Of a stretch of DNA of 64,000 bases, positions 53,094 to 64,000 are shown piece after piece. A program made the position numbers and the translations under genes. The DNA lies in the NCBI GenBank assembly GCA_002269645.1, contig NIVC01000099.1:620001-684000 (forward strand), read 5' to 3'. Origin of the DNA: Macrostomum lignano. Taxonomy: Eukaryota. Numbering within the stretch: the first letter of the stretch is position 1; every line of letters starts with the position of its first letter. The notes below the pieces were generated by a model. That model searched no databases. It saw nothing but the letters and a program-made list of their open reading frames with translations, and was not told where the DNA came from.

Positions 53094-53821
53094 GGAAGTG
53101 CTTATCCCCACAGTCCCGTGCTGATAATTCCAATTTTATCCACAGATCCATGTCAATAATTTCTAGCTTATCCCCACAGCAGCTTATTTAAAATAATAGC
53201 TGTCACCATTCAAGTCTATATAAGCCATGTCAATAATTACAATTTTAACCACATTTTAACCATAATTTTCAGCTTATCCCCATGGCTAAGATTGTTCAAT
53301 TGTTTGTGTTTAGTTTTGTGTATTGATGTTAAATTGATATTTTTATTATTATTAAAAATATTATTAGGCCCATAATATAGTTGAATTTTGCAAGTCTTAT
53401 TTCTCTCAATCCTTGAGATGTTTGGTTGTTCTAAGTAGGCCTAAAGCCAGCAGCTAAGCAAATATTTAAAATTAACCCTTTTAATGACAAAAAGTTTTAA
53501 CAAAGTACTTACTTGATGCTATTTAGTATTCAATATATATAGTTTATTTAGAAGATTTATAAAATAGTGAAAACAAAAAGATAGTTTTTGAACATATTCA
53601 TTTCATGGTTCTTTATTCCAATAAGCTACCATAAAGATAAGCTGGAAATTATTGACATGGATCTATGTGGATAAAATTGGAATTATTAACACGGCTTATA
53701 GACTTGAATGGTAGCAGCTATTTCAATAAGCTACCACGGGGATAAGCTGAAAATTATTGACATAGATCTGTGTGGATGAAATTGGAATTATCGGCATGGG
53801 ACTATGGGGATAAGCACTTCT
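53094..53821. mobile_element. MULE-like MITE with long imperfect TIRs
   Basis: GGAAGTGCTTATCCCCACAGTCCC pairs with GGGACTATGGGGATAAGCACTTC, and ~190 bp of internal arms also pair. Flanks ATAAAGAAA at 53085-53093 and 53822-53830 (9 bp, extendable to 10). Confidence 0.75.
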
Positions 53822-54409
53822 ATAAAGAAATGAATATAATATCTTATACCTTCTTTTTCCTACCTTCCTTCCAAATACAATTTCCTAAGTATAAGAAAGT
53901 GGCAAGTCTCTTCTTTAAAATGTCTTAAATTGCAATTAATTTTGTTTTATATTTTAAGAGATATATGTACACTTAAGTAGAGAGAAATTGGTCATAGACT
54001 TATAAAAGACCAAATAAGGCTAAACCAGTTATGTTAAAAAAAATCTTCACTGTTGCTTAATTTTGATCATTAGTCATCAAATAGATAGCCTTAGCCTATT
54101 CATTCAAAGACTAGGAAACAACATGCTATGCTATATTTATACTTTGGAGATCTAGGTGCAAAGCAGTTGATATTCTATTTTCCTTGGTAATTTCAAACTG
54201 CACATAGAGACAATTCTATTAGCACAATGGTAGTGAACAAGTTAGTAAACAAGTTCAGTCGTGGAAGAACAAACATGAACTAGAACTAAACTGACCAAAG
54301 GTCCATGCCAATGGCAACCTTGTCTTGGATATATTCTTGACGTGATTGATAAAGACTGTTATCAAAGTATCCATAAACTCTATCCTACTACTCCATTAGA
54401 AAGATAATG

Positions 54410-54670
54410 ATGAATAGGCAGGTAAACAAGTTTAAAGATAGAAGAACTGACATGAGTGAACATAATAAGGTTAGGATAAGATCTATGATACTGGCCTAAT
54501 GGATCACATTCTCAACTTAATCAATGAAGACTGCCACCAAAGCATCGACAAAATAGCCAATAGACTAGATTGTTCAGTCTAGATAGTTTACAAGTATTTG
54601 CAAAATATTATTCATGTCATGCTAAATGCCTATTGGGTTTCCTAATGGCTCATTAAGGATATGAAGTAGA
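54410..54670 (+). pseudogene. Degenerate mariner/Tc1 transposase fragment (HTH region)
   Basis: Broken translation QVNKFKDRRTDMSE... LINEDCHQSIDKIANRLDCSV*IVYKYL...LNAYWVS*WL resembles mariner RFKEGRT..D..R / ITIREIAEELG.S..TV..IL...ARWVP.L motifs. Confidence 0.45.
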
Positions 54671-56627
54671 TTGTCTATATAGAAGGCTTGTGTCTAGGCT
54701 CTGTAAGTCTATGACCGATCTTCCTTTACTCAAGTACACATATCTCTTAAAATATAGATCCAAATTGATGGCACTTTAAGTCATTTAAAAGAAAAGACTT
54801 GCTGCTTTCAAACAATACCAAACTTTTGTAAATGCAACTTACCAAACGTCTGCTACAAGTAAAACTAATACTACTTTCCGAATAATACCCTTATAAATAT
54901 GTGGTATATGCCTTTTTTGGTCAAATTTGTCATATTTAATTGTTTTAGTTTTATAGATTTGGTCAAGTTATAATATGACAATTTTGAATATAATGATTTT
55001 GACTGTACTCTATAATTTCTTATTCTTAATTTGATGATAATTTTAAATATACTTAAGGGATATAGGTCATTTTAGTGACAAGTCATTTTGGTGACAAGTT
55101 GCTTCTATGAGATAAGTATGACAGACATGCTCTACCTTATGGTAAAAATGAAAGATTCAAAGAGTTGAGCATTTTAGTGATAGTAGACACTTTAAAATAT
55201 CAGTTTGTAATCATTTTGTTAAAATTAAAGTTGTGTATAAGGGCTATTTCAAAAAGTCTATCAAAAAATAAATGCATATATAACTTAAAAAATAATCAAG
55301 CTAGGCCTACAATTATATATTGTTTTTGTGCAGATTGTTTTGAGTTTTTCCTAGAGTATTCAGATACAAACATAGAGGATCCTCCTTGTAAAAAGCCCAC
55401 CAAGAAAAACAAAAAATTATTCACCAAATTTGAAAAGCATACAAATATGAAAAATCAAGACTATATCTATGCAGTGTCTAAATAAAATGAAATGAATTAA
55501 CATTTTACTATTTTAGCAAACCCTGGAAATTTTAGGTTTCATATCAGTTAAGATTTTTAAGATAATTTTCTGCTTAAAAACCATAATCGCTGTTACCAAA
55601 AAGGTCTTTTTCTTGTCATTAGGCCCTAAAATGACTATAGACCTGCTCAAATACATAGGCATAGACCTAGCAATAGAAATCATGCACCTAGGCCAGTATC
55701 CATGCTTTGTAGTGCCTATGCTTTTGGAGTTTTAGTTGCTAGTCATTTTTTATCTGTTATTTTGTTATCCAAAGTGTCAACCCCATTAAAAAAAGTAACT
55801 TGTGCCATAGGTTGACATTGACAATCATTTTGTCTACTACCAGTTTGTCTACTATTTTTTGTCTATGATAATACAATATTATGGTGGCCAGAATGTGTGA
55901 CTGGCAAGTGCCAATGCAGTTACATTTGAAGCCTCCCCAACCTCCATCTAGCTATAATGGGATAGGTGCACTAAGCTAGTTGGCTCACTAAGCTGGGGGG
56001 TTGGCAAAGTCTATTGTGCCACCTTTTTGTACTTCCTTAGGCTGCTCAATCTTGTGCTATTTGTAAATCTAAATGAATGTACAAATTAGCTCTAAATCTT
56101 CATTGCCATTACATCTATTAAATTTAAACTTAAAACTATTAAACATAATATAGTCATTTTGTCTATCACAAAATATTAAATATAACATTTTTAGTGTTAA
56201 GACTCATCATAAGCTTATAATAAGAGAGGCCTAGTAGTTAGATAATAAACTTACTTTTTTATTGTTATAACTATTATAACAAAAATATTTGCATTCTTTT
56301 GTCTTATAATATCCACACCCAATGGTATGTATAACAAATGGTTTCACAGATGAGCAAATTGCAAAAAAAATAACTTTAGCTTTCTACAGCACAATCCTTA
56401 TATTCACTTCCGTTGTATGATACCCTAAATAGAAATTTTCTTTAATGTTTATGAATGTGCAAATTGTAAAACTCATTTTGTACTGTTCCCAAAATTCTAC
56501 TTGAAAATTTTCATTCCAGAAATAAATTCAAGGTTTTAAAGGGGCCAGTTTTAAAGAAAGCTTAATTTATCATAGCAGAAAAATCACTCAAGTACCAAAG
56601 CGCTAAGCCTCTGCTAACTAAAAGCCC

Positions 56628-58802
56628 ATGCCATTAGCAAGCGCGGCTCTAAAGCACCGCACTCAGTATCATGGCGGCGCCAGTGCCAGGCCTGGCAGCA
56701 CCGGGCGCGCCATTGCTGGCGCATCCAACTTGGCCAGACCCGTGCGAGATGAAGGTCTGAAAGAGAACAGGATTGCACCGCTGATGAGCTGCAATGCCGC
56801 AGCTGCTGGCAAGGAGAAGGCCCTGCAAGCTCAGCAGAAGCTGGCGCACGATCAGGTGGCGAGTCTCACTGCCCGAGTGAAGCAGCTTGAGCTGGAGAAC
56901 AGCAGCCTGCGCAGGTGCCTTGCTAATGTTAACAATTGTCGGGCCATGTTTATGGAGGTGCATTCTCAGGCTATCCTGTCGCTTGAGCACCTGTCAAAAT
57001 GTGTGCAGCTCAGCCAGTCTGCACTGGATGAGCTGGCTCTGGCCGCGCCACCAACCAAGGATGCGGCTGCTGCCGAGTCTCGTCTTCCAGTGGCTACCGC
57101 TGCCGCAACTGTCAGTCAAGATTTGCAGCCCCAATCCACTACTACTACTACTACTCAAAGTAGTGGTGAGAGCGGCGCAGCTGTTCCAAAATCTACTACA
57201 GCTGTGCTGAAGTCCCGTCGAACTGTTGTGATCGAACCGGCGCCTGGCCTTGCCGCATCGACTGAGTCCAGCAGCGAGTCATTAGTTATCAAACAGCAGC
57301 TGTCAAGGCAGCTGACGCCGCTGATGGAGTGCTCCGAGGCGGCTGGGAGGGCCAGCTTGAATTGCTCAGCGAGAGGATCCTTGCCGAATGATCAGGTCGT
57401 ATTTCTTGGGCAGGATAAGCCTCAACAACAACATCAGGATAAACCTCAACAACAACAGCAGGATAAACCTCAACAACAACATCAGGATAAACCTCAACAA
57501 CAACAGCAGGATAAACCTCAACAACAACAGCAGGATAAAACTCAACAACAACAGCAGGATAAACCTCAACAACAACATCAGGATAAACCTCAACAACAAC
57601 AGCAGGATAAACCACAACAACAGCAGGATAATCTGCAACAACAGCAGCTGAATCAGTCCAATCAAAGTCGGCATGAGAAGTCGCGCCACTCGCTGCCACA
57701 CGAGTCAATGGAAGTTCAGCAGGAGTTGAACCAGCTGCCAGAGATACCGGCGGAACAGAACAAACCCGCAGCTGGGTTGCAACGGAAGGCTTTGAAGCCG
57801 CAGCCGAAGCAGCGGCGGAGGCCTCAAAGGCGCAGTCAATTCGTTCGAAACCAGGAGCAGAAATCGCCAGTCCACCAGCGGTCAGCCGAAGAGCTTCAAA
57901 ACCCGACGGAGAACCCTTTCATCCCCCGACACCGGCTGGCTCGAACTCCGCCTAAGTGCGGCGCCGACACCAGCGCTGCTGCCAGCTGCAACGGCAACGC
58001 CACCTTCGACCAGCTGCCGCCGCTGTCACCGCCGTCTCCGCAGCCGCCGTCAGAGCCTCGGCCAGCGACGCTCTCGCCGACCTCATCGTTGAAGCTCATC
58101 GGCAAGCAGCTGGCGCCGTCCATACAGCAGACGCGCCCCGTCGCCAACCGCGCTGCTGGCAGTCACCAGCGTCGGGGAACCTTCGTCATCAACCAGCCTC
58201 CGCGATCTACAGCGACTACGTCGCCTCCCTCGCCGCCGCTACCTCCGTCGCCGCCAGCCATTGTCCTGGACGTCCGACACGCGCTTGTCTTGTCGCCGCC
58301 ACCGCATCCGAGGCTGTCAACCTTGCCTGATCAGCCGGATTTCGCCGAGCTTCCCGATTGGCCGGACACTGCTCGAGCCTCCGTGTCCACCGTGACGGGT
58401 GACGCGGCCGCTTGCTCCTTGACAGCGAAGGTGCTGACTCGCGAGCTGCGCGTTGCTCCCAGGCCCTCCCTGCTGCCGAAGCCCCTGCTGTCTCCGCCGT
58501 CCGCGGCGAAGACCAGCGCACCGCGCCGCTCGTCTCTGATGGCGCCGCCCGCCGCCGCTGCCGACGAAGCGCTCGCCGCCGCTGCCGACGAAGCGCCCGC
58601 CGCCAAGCGGCATCGCCGGAAGCAATCTTCAACCGCCACCACCGTCGCCTCGGCGGAATCGTCCGCTGCGTGCGCCGACCTGACCGGCGAGGCTGCCGCC
58701 GTCAACTTGTCAGCGCCTCTGCGGCCTCGCCGTCAACGAGCGGCGGCCGTCAACTACAAGGAGCCCAGCGTTAATACGAAACTGCGACGCTGCGACAAAT
58801 GA
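56628..58802 (+). CDS. sgo: Shugoshin-like protein (724 aa, single exon)
   Basis: N-terminal coiled coil (KALQAQQKLAHDQVASLTARVKQLELENSSLRRCL) and C-terminal SGO motif RPRRQRAAAVNYKEPSVNTKLRR. The middle is low-complexity. Confidence 0.8.
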   Translation: MPLASAALKHRTQYHGGASARPGSTGRAIAGASNLARPVRDEGLKENRIAPLMSCNAAAAGKEKALQAQQKLAHDQVASLTARVKQLELENSSLRRCLANVNNCRAMFMEVHSQAILSLEHLSKCVQLSQSALDELALAAPPTKDAAAAESRLPVATAAATVSQDLQPQSTTTTTTQSSGESGAAVPKSTTAVLKSRRTVVIEPAPGLAASTESSSESLVIKQQLSRQLTPLMECSEAAGRASLNCSARGSLPNDQVVFLGQDKPQQQHQDKPQQQQQDKPQQQHQDKPQQQQQDKPQQQQQDKTQQQQQDKPQQQHQDKPQQQQQDKPQQQQDNLQQQQLNQSNQSRHEKSRHSLPHESMEVQQELNQLPEIPAEQNKPAAGLQRKALKPQPKQRRRPQRRSQFVRNQEQKSPVHQRSAEELQNPTENPFIPRHRLARTPPKCGADTSAAASCNGNATFDQLPPLSPPSPQPPSEPRPATLSPTSSLKLIGKQLAPSIQQTRPVANRAAGSHQRRGTFVINQPPRSTATTSPPSPPLPPSPPAIVLDVRHALVLSPPPHPRLSTLPDQPDFAELPDWPDTARASVSTVTGDAAACSLTAKVLTRELRVAPRPSLLPKPLLSPPSAAKTSAPRRSSLMAPPAAAADEALAAAADEAPAAKRHRRKQSSTATTVASAESSAACADLTGEAAAVNLSAPLRPRRQRAAAVNYKEPSVNTKLRRCDK
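57410..57635 (+). repeat. 24-bp coding repeat (DKPQQQQQ)x~9 inside shugoshin
   Basis: CAGGATAAACCTCAACAACAACAG units read in frame. Confidence 0.9.
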
Positions 58803-58947
58803 TGGGGAAATTTATGCGTATTTGGCTTGGTTTTTCCTACCTCTGAGGCATCCCTACCGGAAATTTAACCATTGGATAATTGCAACTAATGGGATAATGT
58901 TTAATATCTAAACTAGTTTCATAGTAACAGATAGCTTTGATTTAATT

Positions 58948-59571
58948 GAGGATTCTGATCCCCATAGCTCAATACGAGAGCTGCAATCGTATCTGAGGAT
59001 TCTGATCCCCATAGCTCAATACGAGAGCTGCAATCAAATCTGAGGATTCTGATCCCCATAGCTCAATACGAGAGCTGCAATCATATCTGAGGATTCTGAT
59101 CCCCATAGCTCAATACGAGAGCTGCAATCATATCTGAGGATTCTGATCCCCATAGCTCAATACGAGAGCTGCAATCATATCTGAGGATTCTGATCCCCAT
59201 AGCTCAATACGAGAGCTGCAATCAAATCTGAGGATTCTGATCCCCATAGCTCAATACGAGAGCTGCAATCATATCTGAGGATTCTGATCCCCATAGCTCA
59301 ATACGAGAGCTGCAATCAAATCTGAGGATTCTGATCCCCATAGCTCAATACGAGAGCTGCAATCATATCTGAGGATTCTGATCCCCATAGCTCAATACGA
59401 GAGCTGCAATCATATCTGAGGATTCTGATCCCCATAGCTCAATACGAGAGCTGCAATCAAATCTGAGGATTCTGATCCCCATAGCTCAATACGAGAGCTG
59501 CAATCATATCTGAGGATTCTGATCCCCATAGCTCAATACGAGAGCTGCAATCAAATCTGAGGATTCTGATC
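58948..59571. repeat. 47-bp minisatellite (GAGGATTCTGATCCCCATAGCTCAATACGAGAGCTGCAATCATATCT)x~13
   Basis: Period measured from 58948 to 58995. Confidence 0.97.
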
Positions 59572-60180
59572 CTATCTCACTGTCAGTATCCGTATGAGAA
59601 GTTGAACTTATTTAGTCTGAATTCCAACATCTTGACTACAAGTCCGTACAGCTCTGTTTGCTATCCATCTCTGTATTTAATCTCTCTAGACTGCGTATGC
59701 AGTTGTAAACTGCAGGTGAATAACTGCAAAGTACGAGATGCAGTCACTTAATTAGTTGCAGTACTGTTGCAGTCTTTATTATTTGGCTTTATACTGCATT
59801 ACGCCAATTGTTTCAAAGCAATTTTAAATTTTCCTACTTTTTACACCTTGACACAATCATTATTTAAGCTACCAAGTAGTGTGCTTTGCAGCATTTCCAC
59901 ACATCCCATGCTTTATACAAAAGGTATTAATTTATTTATGCCATTTATCAGTTCATCAGCTCCGGTGCTAGACTGACCAACTATTATCTATGGCAACTAC
60001 TTTTACTCTAACCAGTCTTCACTTTGGTATGCTACGTATTAATAACCTAAATATATAGCTTGTCAACAATTTGCGTTTAAAAACTTTTCACATATAAGAA
60101 AGTGAAATGAGTTGTTTTTCGATAATTATATATATCTACTGAATTACTTATAAGACGGCTCTTCCACAAGTATCAATAGG

Positions 60181-61290
60181 TAACCCTCCCAGCTCCTCAG
60201 ATAGCCACCCTCCCAGCTCCTCAAACAGGCACCCTCCCAGCTCCTCAGATAGCCACCCTCCCGGCTCCTCAAACAGCCGCCCTCCCAGCTCCTCAAACAG
60301 CCGCCCTCCCAGCTCCTCAAACAGGCACCCTCCCAGCTCCTTAGATAGCCGCCCTCCCAGCTCCTCAAACAGCCGCCCTCCCAGCTCCTCAGATAGCCGC
60401 CCTCCCAGCTACTCAAACAGCCGCCCTCCCAGCTCCTCAGATAGCCGCCCTCCCAGCTACTCAAACAGCCGCCCTCCCAGCTCCTCAGATAGCCGCCCTC
60501 CCAGCTACTCAAACAGCCGCCCTCCCAGCTCCTCAAACAGCTGCCCTCCCAGCTCCTCAGATAGCCGCCCTCCCAGCTCCTCAGATAGCCGCCCTCCCAG
60601 CTACTCAAACAGCCGCCCTCCCAGCTCCTCAAACAGCTGCCCTCCCAGCTCCTCAAACAGGCACCCTCCCAGCTCCTCAAACAGGCACCCTCCCAGCTCC
60701 TTAGATAGCCACCCTCCCAGCTCCTCAGATAGCCACCCTCCCAGCTCCTCAAACAGCCGCCCTCCCAGCTCCTTAAACAGCTGCCCTCCCAGCTCCTCAA
60801 ACAGCCGCCCTCCCAGCTCCTCAAACAGCCGCCCTCCCAGCTCCTCAAACAGCCACCCTCCCAGCTCCTTAAACAGCCGCCCTCCCAACTCCTATATACT
60901 CAGACAGCCCCCCTCCTAGATACTCAGACAGCCCCCCTCCTAGATACTCAGACAGCCTCCCTCCTAGATACTCAGACAGCCTCCCTCCTAGATACTCAGA
61001 CAGCCTCCCTCATAGATGCTCAGACAGCCTCCCTCATAGATGCTCAGACAGCCTCCCTCATAGATGCTCAGACAGCCTCCCTCATAGATACACAGACAGC
61101 CTCCCTTATAGATACACAGACAGCCTCCCTCATAGATGCTCAGACAGCCTCCCTCATAGATACTCAGACAGCCTCCCTCCTAGATACTCAGACAGGCACC
61201 CTCATAGATTCTTAGACAGCCTTCCTCATAGATGCCCAGACAGCCTTCCTCATAGATGCCCAGACAGCCTTCCTCATAGATGCCCAGACA
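60181..61290. repeat. Two adjacent 24-bp minisatellites (CAGCCGCCCTCCCAGCTCCTCAAA, then TAGATACTCAGACAGCCTCCCTCC) upstream of MAP2K4
   Basis: Direct reading; the unit switches at ~60893. Confidence 0.92.
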
Positions 61291-61427
61291 GACAAAGAAA
61301 TCCTGCTCAATCCTCACAACTCAAACGCGAACTCCGCCCATCCTCCAGCCCAGTCCGTCCCCGAGCCCCCAGCGCGCAGCACCTCCACGCCAGCAACCGC
61401 CTCTCCACTGCACTCTGCGGCGCTCCC

Positions 61428-63739
61428 ATGGGCGACAAGAGCAAACTGCAGAAGCCCCGCTTCGAGCTGCCCATCGCGGCAGCGGCAGCCGCAGCGGCAG
61501 CGGCGGCGGCTGCTACGGCAGCAGCGACCGGCAACGACTGCCGCTCGGTGACCACCGGCCTGCAGCCGCAGCTGTCGTGCCTGTCCTCAATGCCGGCTGT
61601 CGGCAAGCTGAAGCTGCCGTCTCCGTCTGACAGCGACGCCTCGGCAACCGCCGACTCCGCCGCATCGCCGAATGTCGAGCGAGATTTCAGCGTCGACGAC
61701 CTTGAAGACCTCGGCGAGATCGGCCGGGGCGCATTCGGCACGGTGAACAGCATGCGGTACATCCCACTGGCATCCCGCTGGCCGTCAAGCGCATCCGGTC
61801 CACCGTGGACGAGCGCACGCAGAAGAACATGCTGGCAGAGCTCAGCATTGTTGTCAACTGCGACTGCGAGTTCATTGCCAAGTCCTACGGGGCCCTGTTC
61901 AAGGAGGGCGACTGCTGGATCTGCATGGAGCTGATGGACACCAGCCTGGACAAGCTGTACCGGGTGGTGTATCACCATCTCATGACTCACATTCCCGAGC
62001 CCGTGATTGCCTGGATTGCCTACTGCACTGTGTCTGCCTTGAACTACCTGAAAGAGCATCTCAAGATGATGCATAGGTAAGTTCAGTGGTTCTTGGTTTT
62101 TGGTTTCTCCAATGAGATATTGAAAATCCCAGATATTTACAATCCCTATTTAGATATTTGCAATCCATTCAGATATTTAAAATCCATATCCATATTCAGA
62201 GATTGCAAATCACATTCAGATAATAAAAATGTAAAATCCCCATTCAGATATTTGCAATCCCCATTCAGATATTTAAAATCCCCATTCAGATATTTGCAAT
62301 CCCCATTCAGATATTTGCAATCCCCATTCAGATATTTAAAATCCCCATTCAGATATTTAAAATCCCCATTCAGATATTAAAAATCCCTATTCAGATATTT
62401 ACAATCCCCATTCAGATATTGGAAATCCCCATTCAGATATTAAAAATCCCCATTTAGATGTAACCGCAAATACACATCCAGGTGTAAAGTACATAGAAAG
62501 GAATTCGCAATTAGCTGTAGTGTCTCTTCACCACAACCGCAGAGACGTGAAGCCCAGCAACATCCTGGCCGACCGCTCTGGCCGGGTGAAGCTGTGCGAC
62601 TTTGGCATCGCTGGCAACCTGGTGGACAGCATCGCTAAGACCCGGGACGCCGGCTGCCGGCCATACATGGCCCCCGAGCGTATCGACCATCAGCGAATGC
62701 AGGACGGCTACGATGTGCGCAGCGACATCTGGTCTCTGGGCATCTCCCTGTACGAGCTCTGCACCGGCCGCTTCCCCTACAAGCAGTGGAGCACCATGTT
62801 TGAGCAGCTCGAGCAGGTAAGCACTGGTGTCTTTGAGGGTGCACTGGTGTCTGAGGGTGCACAGGTAGCTTTGGTGACTCACAGGTAGCTTTGGTGACTC
62901 ACAGGTAGCTTTGGTGACTCACAGGTAGCTTTGGTGACTCACAGGTAGCTTTGGTGACTCACAGGTAGCTTTGGTGACTCACGGGTAGTTTTGGTGACTC
63001 ACAGGTAGCTTTGGTGACTCACAGGTAGCTTTGGTGACTCACAGGTAGTTTTGGTGACTCACAGGTAGCTTTGGTGACTCACGGGTAGTTTTGGTGACTC
63101 ACGGGTAGTTTTGGTGACTCACAGGTAGCTTTGGTGACTCACAAGTAGCTTTAGTGACTCACAGGTAGCTTTGGTGACTCACAGGTAGCTTTGGTGACTC
63201 ACAGGTAGCTTTGGTGACTCACAGGTAGCTTTGGTGACTCACAAGTAGCTTTAGTGACTCACAGGTAGCTTTGGTGACTCACATGTAGCTTTGGTGACTC
63301 ACGGGTAGTTTTGGTGACTCACAGGTAGCTTTGGTGACTCACAAGTAGCTTTAGTGACTCACAGGTAGCTTTGGTGACTCACATGTAGCTTTGGTGACTC
63401 ACGGGTAGTTTTGGTGACTCACAGGTAGCTTTGGTGACTCACGGGTAGCTTTGGTGACTCACAAGCAGCTCGGCAACTTTGCAGGTGGTAAAAAGCGACC
63501 CGCCGCGCCTGACGGACGACCGGTTTAGCGCCAACGCGCACAACTTTGTAAACTTCTGCCTGACCAAAGATGTGCAGAGGCGGCCCAAGTACCGGGCGCT
63601 GCTGCAGCACAGCTTCCTCACGTCCGGCCCGGATCGGGGGGCCTCCGCCAGCTTCTTTGACTTCGTTCTGACCAGCTGCGTGCCGGAGGGCGGCGCTGCC
63701 GGCGGCATCAACGAGCTGGTGTCCGCCCTGCGCATCTGA
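61428..63739 (+). CDS. MAP2K4: Dual-specificity MAP kinase kinase 4 (MKK4/SEK1)-like, 3 exons, with 1-nt frameshift
   Basis: Exons 61428-62076, 62543-62816, 63485-63739. Motifs DLEDLGEIGRGAFGTV, (L)AVKRIRSTVDE, YGALFKEGDCWICMELM, HRDVKPSN, CDFGIAGNLVDSIAKTRDAGCRPYMAPERID, YDVRSDIWSLG. One base is missing at ~61763-61765. Confidence 0.9.
62112..62458. repeat. 21-bp repeat (CCCCATTCAGATATTTGCAAT), MAP2K4 intron 1
   Basis: Direct reading. Confidence 0.9.
62861..63463. repeat. 20-bp minisatellite (ACAGGTAGCTTTGGTGACTC)x~30, MAP2K4 intron 2
   Basis: Direct reading. Confidence 0.97.
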
Positions 63740-64000
63740 GATACGCGCCGTTGTACTTTCTCCTTTTTTAGATATAGAACAGCTGACTGTGTTTCTGTTT
63801 AATCTCTTTCAAAGCATAGCCTGAATTTCGCCGGGTTTTTCTGCATGAATTCCCCTGAATTTACTTTGGCGTTTTTCTTGACCAAGATTTCCCCATAGTG
63901 AGACGAGGTCTCGATAAGTTAAACATGGAGAATTCCCTTCGGGATTTTCTATAGTTTTTCCAACCCTGTATTTCCGTATGAGATTCTCCAACTTCCAACT

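Noticed and set aside
57289-58774. Overlapping ORFs across the shugoshin gene
   Set aside because: GC-rich or repeat-derived shadow frames.
58948-59571. CRISPR-like appearance of 47-bp (and 40-bp, 177-bp) arrays
   Set aside because: Units are head-to-tail with no unique spacers, there are no cas genes, and the context is eukaryotic.
60144-60888. LRSWEGG repeat ORF
   Set aside because: 24-bp minisatellite translation.

Overview
Eukaryotic (metazoan) genomic DNA with spliceosomal GT-AG introns. High-GC3 exons and introns packed with private minisatellites suggest a free-living flatworm such as Macrostomum (inference). Six genes were reconstructed by hand: (1) a 5'-incomplete polycystin-1-like (PKD1L) gene with several reading-frame lesions (+, ~242-10209); (2) CAMK4 (+, 12648-18980); (3) an 8-exon ionotropic-glutamate-receptor-like channel with an intact K+-channel TTVGYGD selectivity filter, resembling GluR0/AvGluR1 (-, 32605-21322); (4) SGF29 (-, 42553-35420); (5) an intronless shugoshin-like ORF (+, 56628-58802); (6) MAP2K4/MKK4 with a 1-nt frameshift (+, 61428-63739). 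Between SGF29 and shugoshin is an AT-rich transposon island. It holds two Merlin derivatives, a MULE-like MITE, a mariner relic and a 7.55-kb Foldback-type element with a 9-bp TSD. The arms of that element are inverted arrays of a 177-bp unit, and a 5'-truncated RTE-like retrotransposon sits exactly at its centre of symmetry. Several tRNA-derived SINEs and more than 20 tandem repeats are also present. The two strongest candidates for something new are the K+-filter iGluR-like channel and the Foldback/RTE composite element.
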